The notes under the pieces: generated by a model
Databases searched by the model: none
Seen by the model: only the letters and a program-made list of their open reading frames with translations
Told to the model about the DNA's origin: nothing
Program-made: the position numbers and the translations under genes
Assembly (NCBI GenBank): GCA_040954595.2
Contig: CM082581.2
Coordinates: 2,162,699-2,226,698 of the forward strand
Direction: 5' to 3'
Origin: Balanoglossus misakiensis
Lineage: Eukaryota; Animalia; Hemichordata
DNA: 64,000 nt
Part shown: piece by piece, positions 12,701 through 25,245 of the stretch
Numbering within the stretch: the stretch's first letter is position 1
Layout of the letters: each line of letters begins with the position of its first letter

Positions 12701-15700
12701 ATATCCACATAAAATTAAGTAGTGAACAAAAATGGATTAGAGAATGTGTGAAAGTTGCCAAAAAATGTAACGTATTCTAGTCATATGGTGACTCGTATCC
12801 ATAAAAAATAGTTGTGTGCTATCAATTAGTAGGCAAGAAATAGGAAAATGTATTTGTTAATCGGATTTTAGAAAATTCAATTTGGCTCCAATAAGGTTAA
12901 ACCAATCACAATTCACTTGAGAACATGATTAGGAAAAATAAATGAGATTTTTTAATGAGATTTTCAAAAATCCAATAAGGCATCCAAAGTCACATGACCA
13001 CTAATGATATTATTGTCAAACTTTGTGAACAGTAAATTAGAACTTGATTCGCCCTGCAGTTTTGAAGAAAGTCAACTTTTATAGATTATCAGAATATCCT
13101 ATATGGCAACCATGAAGGAGACAATTAAAGCAACATGCAGCATTGCAGGGGCCAAAGTGGTTAGCATGGTTCCAACACAAAGCAAAGGCTGTATCTGTTA
13201 TGGATGCTGAGAAATGGTTAAGTAAGTCAGAGGTCATGCAAAATTGTGCTAACAAAATTTGATATCACACTGATCCGTATCCAACAAAAAGCCAGACTTC
13301 TAACTCTATTGGTTAATTTGAAAAAGCTTATGTACATAAATATTGTGTTAAAGTTTAAACTTCATTAGGTGTTTAAGTCCTCCAAATTTGAAGAATGTAT
13401 CTGCTGTGCATGCCAAGTTATGGGGAAGTACATCAAAGGTAATTGCCAAAATTATCAAAATATATTTGTTTTGTCCTGGCAGCAGTAGTACTAATGTGAA
13501 CAAAATCATGACTGTTGTGCTTTTAACAAGAGGCATATCCACATAAAATTTAGTTCTGGAATTACTGTATCAAAGGAGATGCGAGAGTCACCAGCAAATT
13601 GAAATATATTCTTGTCATATGGTGACTCGTATCCATAAAAATTATTTGTGTGCTTTCAATGAGTAGGCTAGAAATAGGAAATTTTAGTTTTTAATCGGAG
13701 ATCAGAAAATCCAATATGGGTCCAATTAGTTTTAACCAATCACAATTTACTTGAAAACTTGATTAGAAATAGATTTTTGATTTGTTTTATGATATTTTTC
13801 AAAAATCCAATTATGCATCCAAAGCCACATGACCACTACTGATACTATTATTGTCAAACATTGAACCGCACAGTAAATTAGAACTTGATGGGCCCTGTAT
13901 TTTTTGAAAAAAAATGTCAAGTTTTAAAGGTTATCCGAAAATCCAATATGGCCACCATGAAGAAGACAATTAATACTAAAAGCAGCATTGGAGGGACCAA
14001 AGCGGTTAGCATGGTTCGAACAGAAAGCAAAGGCTGTATCTGTTATGGATGCTGAGAAATGGTAAGTAAGCGAGAGGTCACGCAAATTTGGGCCAACAAA
14101 TTTCGATATCAAACTGAGCTGTGTCCAACAGAAAACAGACTTCTCAGCTCTATTGGTTAACTTGAAATTGCTTATGTACATAATTATTGTGTTAAAGTTT
14201 AATACTTCATTAGGTGTTTCAGTCCTCTAAATATTTTGTTTATTTCCTGGCAGCAGAAAGCAAAGGCTGCATCTGTTATAGATGCAAAACTCCTGTGAAC
14301 AAAATCATGACTGGTGTGCTTTTTGACAAGAAGCATATCCACGCACAATTAAGTTCTGGAAAAAATGGATCAAAGGACATTCGAAAATTGCCCAAAAATT
14401 GTAATATAATCTGGTCATGTGGTGACTCATATCTATTAAAAGAATTTGGGTAGGCTAGAAATAGGATTTTTTTTAAATCGTGTGTTTAGAAAATCCGATT
14501 TGGCTTTAATTAGGATAAACCAATCACAATTCACTTGAAAACGTGATTAGGAAAAGATTTGTGAAATTTTTCATGAGATTTTTCAAAAATCCAATATGGC
14601 AACCAAAGTGACATGACCACTAATGATATTATTGTCAAACATTAAACCGCACAGTAAATTAGAACTTGATTTGCCTTGTAGTTGTTGAAAAGATGTAAAT
14701 TTTTAAGTGTTATCATAATATCCAATATGGCCGCCATTAAGAAGAAATGGGATGGGCCCAAGCAGTTAGCATGGTTCCAACAGAAAGCAAAGGATGTTTT
14801 GTTAAAAAAATCATATGAAAACTCATGTGTTCGAAAGAGCATACAGTGTGGTTTAACCGTGAGCGTCATTGGGCAAAATTTCTTTTTGGATTTTGGCGCT
14901 ATATAAACTTTTTTGCTTGATTGATTTGATTTGATTTTGTTGTGGATGCAAAGAAATGGTAAAGTAAGCCAGAGGTCACGCAAAATTGTGACACAAATTT
15001 TTGATCTTAAACTGATCAGTGTCAAACAAAAAACCAGATTTCTAAGCTCTATTGGTTAACTTGAAATAGATTATGTACAAAATTATTGTGTAAAAGTTTA
15101 ATACTTTATTGGGTGTTGCAGTCCACCAAATTTGAAGGCTGTATCTGCTGTACATGCCAAGGCATGGGATAGTAGATCAAAGGTCATTGCCAAAATTATC
15201 AAAAGATTTGGGTTATGTCCTGGCAGCAGTAGTACTCATGTGAACAAAATCATGACTGTTGTGCTTTTTAACAAGAGGCATATCCACATAAAATAAGTTC
15301 TGGAATTACTGGATCAAAGAACATGTGGAAGTAGTCTAATAATTATGATATATTCTGGTCCTATGGTGACTCGTATCCATAAAAAGAATTTGTGTGGTTT
15401 CAATGAGCACGCTAGAAATAGGAAATTTTAGTCTTTTATCGGAGATCAGAAAATCCAATTTGGCTCCAATAAGGTTTACCCAATCACATTTTACTTGAAA
15501 ACTTGATTAGAAATAAATGTTTTGAAACTTTTTTATTCTATTTTTCAAAAATCCAAAGCCACATGACCACTAACGATATTATTGTCAAACATTGAACCAC
15601 ACAGTCAATTTGAACTTGATTGGCCCTGTAGTTTTTGAAAAAAATGTCACCTTTTAAAGGTTAACCGAAAATCCAATATGGCCGCCATGAACAAGACAAT

Positions 15701-16670
15701 TACAACTAAAAGCAGCATTGGAGGGACCAAAGTGGTTAGCATGGTTCCAACAGAAAGCAAAGGCTGTATCTGTTATTGATGCTGAGAAATTGTAAGTAAG
15801 CCAGAGGTCACGCAAATTTGGGCCAACAAATTTTGATATCAAACTGAGCTGTGTCCAACAGAAAACAGACTTCTAAGCTCTATTGGTTAACTTGAAATAG
15901 CTTATGTACATAATTATTGTGTTAAAGTTTAATTCTTCATAAGGTGTTCCAGTCCACCAAATTTGAAGGCTGTATCTGCTGTACATGCCAAGGCATGGGA
16001 TAGTAGATCAAAGGTCATTGCCAAAATTATCTAAAAGATTTGGGTTATGTCCTGGCAGCAGTAGTACTCATGTGAACAAAATCATGACAGATGTGCTTTT
16101 TAACAAGAGGCATATCCACATAAAATAAGTTCTGGAATTACTGGATCAAAGGACATGCGAGAGTCGCAAACAAGTTGTTCAATCAAGTTTTGTAAAAATT
16201 TGATCAAAGAACATCTGAAAGTAGTCTAATAATTTTGATATATTCTGGTCCTATGGTGACTCATATCCATAAAAAGAATTTGTATGGTTTCAAGGAGCAC
16301 GCTAGAAATAGGAAATTTTAGACTTTTATCGGAGATCAGAAAATCCAATTTGGCTCCAATAAGGTTTACCCAATCACAATTTACTTGAAAACTTGATTAG
16401 AAATAGATTTTTTGAATTTTTTTTATGATATTTTTCAAAAATCCAAAGCCACATGACCACTAATGATATTATTGTCAAACATTGAACCGCACAGTCAATA
16501 AGAACACCAAATTTGAAGGCTGTATCTGCTGTACATGCCAAGGCATGGGATAGTAGATCAAAGGTCATTGCCAAAATTATCAAAAGATTTGGGTTATGTC
16601 CTGGCAGCAGTAGTACTCATGTGAACAAAATCATGACTGTTGGGCTTTTTAACAAGATGCATATCTATGT
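6780..16670 (+). repeat. Macrosatellite of diverged ~660-950-bp monomers with a near-exact 3411-bp four-monomer higher-order duplication (~9141-12550 and ~12551-15961, third copy partial)
   Basis: The anchor ATCCAATATGGC..CCATGA recurs near 8190, 8852, 9683, 10529, 11308, 12259, 13094, 13940, 14719 and 15670. ORF-track pairs 9937/13348, 10513/13924, 10803/14214, 11231/14642 and 12243/15654 are all offset by 3411. Confidence 0.93.
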
Positions 16671-18577
16671 ATAATTTACTTCTTATAAAATAATGTAAAG
16701 GACACTGTGGTGCCCTTTGGGGATTACTCAGAAATTAGGTATTCACCAGAATTAAATTCAGGGGCGACATTGGCAAGCATATATGGCATTAATATTTAAA
16801 TACTATGGAAACATAAAAAAATTAACTATGCCAAATAAAGTGTTATGTGTCACAGCAATCTTACAAGCTACACTAAAAAACAACAACTGATTTTTGTCCA
16901 AAAACTGTCTGTAAAAATACATGCGAGTATGACAAATTAATTAGTCCAATCAGACAGAGGCATTCACTGACCTACCACCAGTTTATAATAAAATAGCTGG
17001 TGGTCCCTGTAACAGCAGGACCATTAAAATTATATAAGGAAGATCAGTTAAAAATTTTCTCCAAGATTGCCGTTTATTTTTCTGATAAAAATGTTTATAC
17101 ATCTTAGTAAGTTATAACAAAGAAAATTATCAAAATCGGTTCACCGGATTTCAGCGTACAAACGCATCAAATAATACTGAGATTCTCAAGTATCTTCACC
17201 ATTTTTCAAAGAATTTTACCAAATTATATAAAAATGTAAGATTCACAGAAGATTACTTCTTTCAGTTTTACAGGAGATCATCTAAACTTGTAAAAAAAAT
17301 CTCTCTATTTTTTGCATGGCACCATGGTAAAATATGAAAATTTGCAATGTTTGATGTTCCGTGTCTAAATCATGTTTGATCTAATTTTCACGAAATTTTC
17401 AGATTATATTACAATATATGTGCAGATACAGATAGTGACTTATGTTTTTGATATCTGGATTATAATTTACATTCACAGGCGCTCAAATATGGTAAACCTA
17501 GCATTTTACCATTGCAAATGGGCGGCCATATTGGGTTGACATTTCATTAGATGGCAATATTTTTTTATACACTGCAATTTGCTGAAAATCAGTTCAATCA
17601 CTGTAGTAAGTGGAAATATTTAAAGTCTTGTGTATTTTAGCAATCATAAAGCTGATATTACTATCAAAAAAATGTTATACAGTTGCTTCTGGACAGCAAA
17701 AATTGCCATCATTCAAGTCAAAGTCTCAGATCGGCCCTTTTGCTTGCCTGTGTCGAGCAGATATCAAAAGTGGAGAAAGTTGGATAGTTTAATTTCTACA
17801 TGTTACCTGTACTATCCTTGTAGACTATTAACATTAACAAGAATTTCATATTAACTTCTGGTATGATATGCATGGAAAGACTGGCTGGCTATAAATCATA
17901 AAAATGGACGCCGTTGCACCATACAGTTTTACTGCATACACACGTATTTTAAGCAAACTGTGCCTTTCATGTATTCCACTTTTCTCCCTTCCTTGCTGGC
18001 TTTCTCTGTTTTTTTTCTGACTGTGTCTTTATAAAATTACTATTTTTTTTTATTTTTTTTTTTTTTTTGGGGGGGGGGGAATTCAATTTCTGGCTCAAAA
18101 AATTGTACTAGAGCTGGTAAGGTTTCCTGAAAATTAATCCCTGTATCTTTAACGCAGGTGTGCAAGTTCATATAAAGTTCATTGGTTAAAGGAATATTAT
18201 GAGCTGATAAATTTACTAAGCTCTTCTTTCCAGTTAGAAGCTCTGCTATATTAACAACTACTCTCAATGCTACTTCAATAATGTTGCCTGTGCAAATTGA
18301 CAATCAAAATATCCATTAGTTAGACAACATATTTGGTTGGGTAATTACAGAATAATAACTATAATTCCATGCATACTCTACCTAAACTCAAATTAGAATA
18401 TATAACTAAAATTATAGTTATACACAGGTCTATAAAATGCTAAGAAAATGTAAAATCTAGGAAAGAACACCCATGGGCATTCAGCTCTTAGCAGATAACA
18501 TCAGTCACTTTGAAGACATGTCACTTCCCAGACTTTACTAAAAATACTTCCAACTCTGACGTTAAACACATCTCCAA

Positions 18578-21140
18578 AAAATCCAATATGGCAACCATGA
18601 AGAAGACAATTAAAGCAACATGCTGCATTGGAGGGACCAAAGTGGTAAGCATGGTTCCAAAAGAAAGCAAAGGCTGTTTCTGTTGTGGATGCCAAGAAAT
18701 GGTAAAGTAAGCCAGAGGTCATGCAAAATTGTGCTAACAAAATTTGATATCAAACTGATCAGTGTCCAACAAAAAACCAGACTTCTAAGCTCTATTGGTT
18801 AACTCTAAATAGCTTATGTACATAATTATTGTGTTAAAGTTTAATACTTCATTAGGTGTTCCAGTCCACCAAATTTGAAGGCTGTATCTGCTGTACATTC
18901 CAAGGCATGGGATAGTAGATCAAAGGTCATTGCCAAAATTATCAAAAGATTTGGGTTTTGTCCTGGCAGCAGTAGTACTCGTGTGAACAAAATCATGACT
19001 GCTGTGCTTTTTAACAAGAGGCATATCCACATAAAAGAAGTTCTGGAATAACTGGATCAAAGGACAAGCGAGAGTCGCAAATAAATTGTTTAAATCAAGT
19101 TCTGTAAAAACTTGATCAAAGAACATGTGAAAGTAGTCTAATAATTGTGATATATTCAGGTCATATGGTGACTCATATCCATAAAAAGAATTTGTGTGGT
19201 TTCAATGAGCAGGCTAGAAATAGGAAATATTAGTCTTTTATCGGAGATCAGAAAATCCAATTTGGCTCAATAAGGTTTACCCAATCACAATTTACTTGAA
19301 AACTTGATTAGAAAAAGATTTGTGAAATTTTTCATGAGATTTTTCAAAAATCCAATATGGCAACCAAAGTGACATGACCACTAATGATATTGTTGTCAAA
19401 CATTGAACCGCACAGTAAATTAGAACTTGATTTGCCTTGTAGTTGTTGAAAAGATGTCAATTTTTAAGGGTTATCAGAATATCCAATATGGCCACCATTA
19501 AGAAGAAATAGGACAGGCCCAAGCGGTTAGCATGGTTCCAACAGAAAGCAAAGGCTGTTTTGTTGTGGATGCCAAGAAATGGTAAAGTAAGCCAGAGGTC
19601 ACGCAAAATTGTGACACAAATTTTTGATCTTAAACTGATCAGTGTCCAACAAAAACCAGACTTGTAAGCTCCATTTGTTTACTTGAAATAGCTTATGTAC
19701 AAAATTATTGTGTTAAAGTTTAATACTTCATTAGTTGTTTCAGTCCTCCAAATTTGAAGACTGTATCTGCTGTGCATGCCAACTTATGGAAAAGTAGATC
19801 AAAGGTCATTGCCATAATTAGCAAAATATTTTGGTTATTTCCTGGCAGCAGCAGTACTCATGTGAACAAAATCATGACTGTTGTGCTTTTTAACAAGAGG
19901 CATATCCACATAAAATAAGTTCTGGAATTACTGGATCAAAGGGCATATCCACATAAAATAATTTCTGGAATTACTGGATCAAAGGACATGCGAGAGTCGC
20001 AAACAAATTGTTTATTCAAGTTTTATTATTGTCATTGAACCGCACAGTAAATTAGAACTTGATTTGCCTTGTAGTTGTTTTATAAGATGTCAATTTTTAA
20101 AGGTTATACGAAAATCCAATATGGCCGCCATGAAGAAGACAATTAAAACTAAAAGCAGCATTGGAGGGACCAAAGCGGTTAGCATGGTTCCAACAGAAAG
20201 CAAAGGCTTTATCTGTTATGGATGCTGAGAAATGGTAAGTAAGCCAGAGGTCACGCAAATTTTGGCCAACAAATTTTGATATCAAACTAAGCTGTGTCCA
20301 ACAGAAAACAGACTTCTAAGCTCTTTTGGTTCACTTGAAATAGCTTATGTACATAATTATTGTTTTAAAGTTTAATACTTCATTAGGTGTTCCAGCCAAA
20401 AAAATTTGAAGACTGTATTTGCTGTTTATTCCAAGTAATGGGATAGTAGATCAAAGGTCATTGCCAAAATTATCAAAAGATTTGGGTTATGTCCTGGCAG
20501 CAAAGGTCATTGCCAAAATTATCAAAAGATTTGGGTTATGTCCTGGCAGCAGTCGTACTCATGCGAACAAAATTATGACTGTTGTGCTTTTTAACAAGAG
20601 GCATATCCACATAAAATAAGTTCTGGAATTACTTGATCAAAGGACATGCGAGAGTCGCAAACACATTGTTTAATCAAGTTCTGTAAAAACTTGATCAAAG
20701 AACATGTGAAAGTAGTCTAATAATTGTGATATATTCTGGTCATATGGTGACTCATATCCATAAAAAGAATTTGTGTGGTTTCAATGAGCAGGCTAGAAAT
20801 AGGAAATTTTAGTCTTTTATTGGAGATCAGAAAATCCAATTTGGCTTCAATAAGGTTTACCCAATCACAATTTACTTGAAAACTTGATTAGAAATAGATT
20901 TTTGAAATTTTTTAATGATATTTTTTCAAAAATCCAAAGCCACATGACCACTAATGATATTATTGTCAAACATTGAACTGCACAGTAAATTAGAACTTGA
21001 TTGGCCCTGTAGTTTTTGAAAAAAATGTCAACTTTTAAAGGTTATCCGAAAATCCAATATGGCCGCCATGAAGAAGACAATTAAAACATTTACTAAAAGC
21101 AGCATTTGAGGGACCAAAGCGATTAACATGGTTCCAACAT
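18578..21140 (+). repeat. Second block of the ~850-bp macrosatellite, about 3 rearranged monomers
   Basis: Same monomer anchors near 18580, 19480, 20112 and 21051, with local small duplications near 19900-19990 and 20450-20550. Confidence 0.9.
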
Positions 21141-21320
21141 AAAAATGCAAGATTCACAGAAGATTACTTCTTTCAGTTTTACAGGAGATCATCTAAACTT
21201 GTAAAAAAATCTCTCTATTTTTTGCATGGCACCATGGTAAGATATGAAAATTTGCAATGTTTGATGTTCCGTGTCTCAATCATGTTTTATCTAATTTTCA
21301 CGAAATTTCCAGATTATATT

Positions 21321-21758
21321 GAACACCTATTGCCTGGCCATGAGGGCCATAGCGGCCGTTTATTACACCGGAGGGGTTGTGAGTTACCAGAATCATATGC
21401 TATTTCCCGAGGCCGCAGGCCGTGGGAAATAGCGTATGATTCTGGTAACTCACAGCCACGTGGGGGTAAAAACGGCTGCTATGGCCCGAATATAGGCCAG
21501 GCTATAGGTGTTTTATAATAAACCTCATGCTGACAGTTTTGGAAAATCATGCAATTTTCTCTTGAGGTTGGCAGACGACATCTTCAGCGGTGGCCATTGT
21601 GTCAGACGCGACGCTGATTGACGTGACCACGTTTGTCATGTGACCGGTTTATATTTTTTCTGCTATTTCCCTAACGGTTCATAGTCGATTCTATTTTCCT
21701 ATCACGTGACGGATTCTGGCGAATCACGGCACAGTATTAGCATGAGGTATATTATAAT
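21321..21758 (+). mobile_element. 438-bp palindromic non-autonomous insertion, Crypton-like
   Basis: Absent from the paralogous copies, which read AGATTATATT|ACAATATATG at 17401 and 23159. It has a ~190-bp hairpin centred on GGCCGCAGGCC (21411-21421) and a second inverted pair ACCTCATGCT...AGCATGAGGT. The Crypton label is inferred from architecture. Confidence 0.8.
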
Positions 21759-23727
21759 ACAATATATGTGCAGATACAGATAGTGACTTAAGTTTTTGAT
21801 ATCTGGATTATAATTTAAATTCCCAGGCGCTCAAATATGGTAAACCTAGCATTTTACCATTGCAAATGGGCGGCCATATTGGGTTGACATTTCATTAGAT
21901 GGCAATATTTTTTTATACACTGCAATTTGCTGAAAATCAGTTCAATCACTGTAGTAAGTGGAAATATTTAAAGTCTTGTGTATTTTAGCAATCATAAAGC
22001 TGATATTACTACCAAAAACATTTTATACAGTTACTTCTGAACAGCAAAAATTGCCATCATTCAAGTCAAAGTCTCAGATCGGCCCTTTTGCTTGCCTGTG
22101 TCGAGTGGATATCAAAAGTGGAGAAAGTTGGATAGTTTAATTTCTACATGTTACCTGTACTATCCTTGTAGACTATTAACATTAACAAGAATTTCATATT
22201 AAATTTTGGTATGATATGCATGGAAAGACTGGCTGGCTATAAATCATGAAAATGGACGCCGTTGCACCATACAGTTTTTACTGCACACACATGTATTTTA
22301 AGCACACTGTGTCTTTCATGTATTCCACTTTTCTCCCTTCCTTGCTGGCTTTGTCTATTTCTTTTCTGACTGCGTCTTTATGAAATTACTGATTTTTTTT
22401 TGGTAATTCAACTTCTGGCTCAAATAAATGTACTAGAGCTGGTAAGGTTTCCTGAACATTAATCCCTGTATCTTTAACGCAGGTGTGCAAGTTCATATAA
22501 AGTTCATTGGTTAAAGGAATATTATGAGCTGATAAATTTACTAAGCTCTTCTTTCCAGTTAGAAGCTCTGCTATATTATCAACTACTCTCAATGCTACTT
22601 CAATAATGTTGCCTGTGCAAATTGACAATCAAAATATCCATTAGTTAGACAACATATTTGGTTGGGTAATTACAGAATAATTACTTTAATTCCATACATA
22701 CTCTACCTAAACTCAAATTAGAATATATAACTGAAATTATAATTATAAACAGGTCTATGAAATGCTAAGAAAATGTAAAATCTAGGAAAGAACACCCATG
22801 GGCATTCAGCTCTTAGCAGATAACATCAGTCACTTTGAAGACATGTCACTTCCCAGACTTTACTAAAAAAACTTCAAACTCTGAAGTGAAACGCATCTCC
22901 AAAAATCCAATATGGCAACCATGAAGAAGACAATTAAAGCAACATGCTGCATTGCAGGGGCCAAAGTGGTTTGCATGGTTCCAACATAAAAATGCAAGAT
23001 TCACAGAAGATTACTTCTTTCAGTTTTACAGGAGATCATCTAAACTTGTAAAAAAAATCTCTCTATTTTTTGCATGGCACCATGGTAAAATATGAAAATT
23101 TGCAATGTTTGATCTTCTGTGTCTCGATCATGTTTGATCTAATTTTCACGAAATTTTCAGATTATATTACAATATATGTGCAGATACAGATAGTGACTTA
23201 AGTTTTTGATATCTGGATTATAATTTAAATTCCCAGGCGCTCAAATATGGTAAACCTAGCATTTTACCATTGCAAATAGGCGGCCTTAATTGGGTTGACA
23301 TTTCATTAGATGGCAATATTTGTTTATACACTGCAATTTGCTGAAAATCAGTTCAATCACTGTAGTAAGTGGAAATATTTAAATTCTGATGTATTTTTAG
23401 CAATCATAAAGCTGATATTACTACCAAATAAATGCTATACAGTTACTTCTGGACAGCAAAAATTGCCATCATTCAAGTCATAGTCTCAGATCGGCCCTTT
23501 TGCTTGCCTGTGTCGAGCGGATATCAAAAGTGGAGAAAGTTTGATAGTTTAATTTCAACATGTTACCTGTACTATCCTTGTAGACTATTAACATTAACAA
23601 GAATTTCATATTAAATTTTGGTATGATATGCATGGAAAGACTGGCTGCTTATAAATCATAAAAATTGACGCCGTTGCACCATACAGTTTTTACAGCACAC
23701 ACACGTATTTTAAGCAAACTGTGTCGT

Positions 23728-24023
23728 TCATGTATTCCACTTTTCTCCCTTCCTTGCTGGCTTTCTCTGTTTCTTTTCTGACTGTGTCTTTATGAAATTA
23801 CTGATTTTTTTTGGTAATTCAATTTCTGGCTCAAATAAATGTACTAGAGCTGGTAAGGTGTCCTGAACATTAATCCCTGTATCTTTAACGCAGGTGTGCA
23901 AGTTCATATAAAGTTCATTGGTTAAAGGAATATTATGAGCTGATAAATTTACTAAGCTCTTCTTTCCAGTTAGAAGCTCTGCTATATTATCAACTACTCT
24001 TAATGCTACTTCAATAATGTTGC
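23728..24023 (-). pseudogene. Orphan exon-like fragment; other copies at 18040-18287 and 22386-22612; product unknown
   Basis: Acceptor TTGTCAATTTGCACAG followed by a protein-like frame NIIEVALRVVDNIAELLTGKKSLVNLSAHNIPLTNELYMNLHTCVK. Copies 1 and 2 terminate earlier near homopolymer runs. Confidence 0.35.
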
Positions 24024-24779
24024 CTGTGCAAATTGACAATCAAAATATCCATTAGTTAGACAACATATTTGGTTGGGTAATTACAGAATAATTACTTTAA
24101 TTCCATGCATACCCTTCCTAAACTCAAATTAGAATATATAACTGAAATTATAATTATACACAGGTCTATGAAATGCTAAGAAAATGTAAAATCTAGGAAA
24201 GAACACCCATGGGCATTCAGCTCTTAGCAGATAACATCAATCACTTTGAAGACATGTCACTTCCCAGACTTTACTAAAAAATACTTCCAACTCTGAAGTA
24301 AAACGCATCTCCAAGTTGCATACACAATACTATAATATACTGTTAGAGATTTATAATGTTTTAAGTGAAAAAAATACAGAGATGTAAATACCCCTGCCAT
24401 TTATTCAGTGACATGTAATGCTGCCATTATGCACTGATTGACTCTAGCCACTTTCCCAGTAGGAGGAAAAAGACCATATGCCGACTTCAGCATAAAAATC
24501 TCAGTTTACTCTGGCTAATTATATTGGAGTTCTTATCAGTGTTTCGGGACGCTTAGATGATAATCGTTGAAATGGACAACACCAACATATGACGTTAACA
24601 AGCGGGAAGAAACAAAAGTTACTCAGTTTTTGGCATTTTATTTTTATTTGCAAGACCGAGAAATTAAAATATGACAAGTTTAGAAATCAATCAGATTATA
24701 CAGCATGTCCCACTTTGAATGGTGGCCATATTGGATTCTGAACTCCCTAGTAATATAAACATATAGTGTACTTAGTGAG

Positions 24780-25245
24780 TCTCAGTATAGGGTAATCAAC
24801 ACAATCAGACAAAACTTGGGTTACCCATTGGAATATTCCTATCAAATTTCAAAGCAATCCCATATGCAGTTTCAGAAAAATCAGTATTTTCTCCAAAATT
24901 GTATAATATCTTACTTCAGGGAACATGCCTACCAAAGCTCAAGGCGATCTGACATGCAGTTTGAAAGAAAATAATTTTTGATGAAAAATTCCACAACTTT
25001 CACACACAAAACGCAAATATGTAAATTTCAAGTATTTTTTTTAAACATCTCATTTAATTATCCCCAAGGAACAAGCATACCAAATTTGAAAGCAATCTCA
25101 CAAGCGGTTTTAGAGGAAACAATTTTTGACCAAAAATGGCAAAAATTGCTACAAAATTATAAATATGCACATTTTTCATCAACCAGGTTTTCATCAACTG
25201 GGACCACACATACAAAAGTATGCTTCCAAGCAACACGACTCTAGG
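24780..25245 (+). repeat. Fragment of an interspersed repeat with internal subrepeats; related copy at ~28290-28930
   Basis: Shared recurring words CAAATTTCAAAGCAATC, GAACATGCCTACC and TTTTGACCAAAAAT in both regions. Confidence 0.6.

Larger units (their letters stand above)
17230..24312. repeat. Triplicated ~1.35-kb segment (17230-18575, 21141-22900, 22990-24312) interleaved with macrosatellite sequence
   Basis: Each copy starts AAAATG(T/C)AAGATTCACAGAAGATTAC and ends (A/G)CATCTCCAA. ORFs MEIFKVLC and MSICTGNII recur across copies. Confidence 0.93.

Noticed and set aside
1-21140. Dozens of 60-130-aa ORFs in the track
   Set aside because: They recur with the repeat period, lack splice or domain signals and are broken in sister monomers, so they are satellite artefacts.
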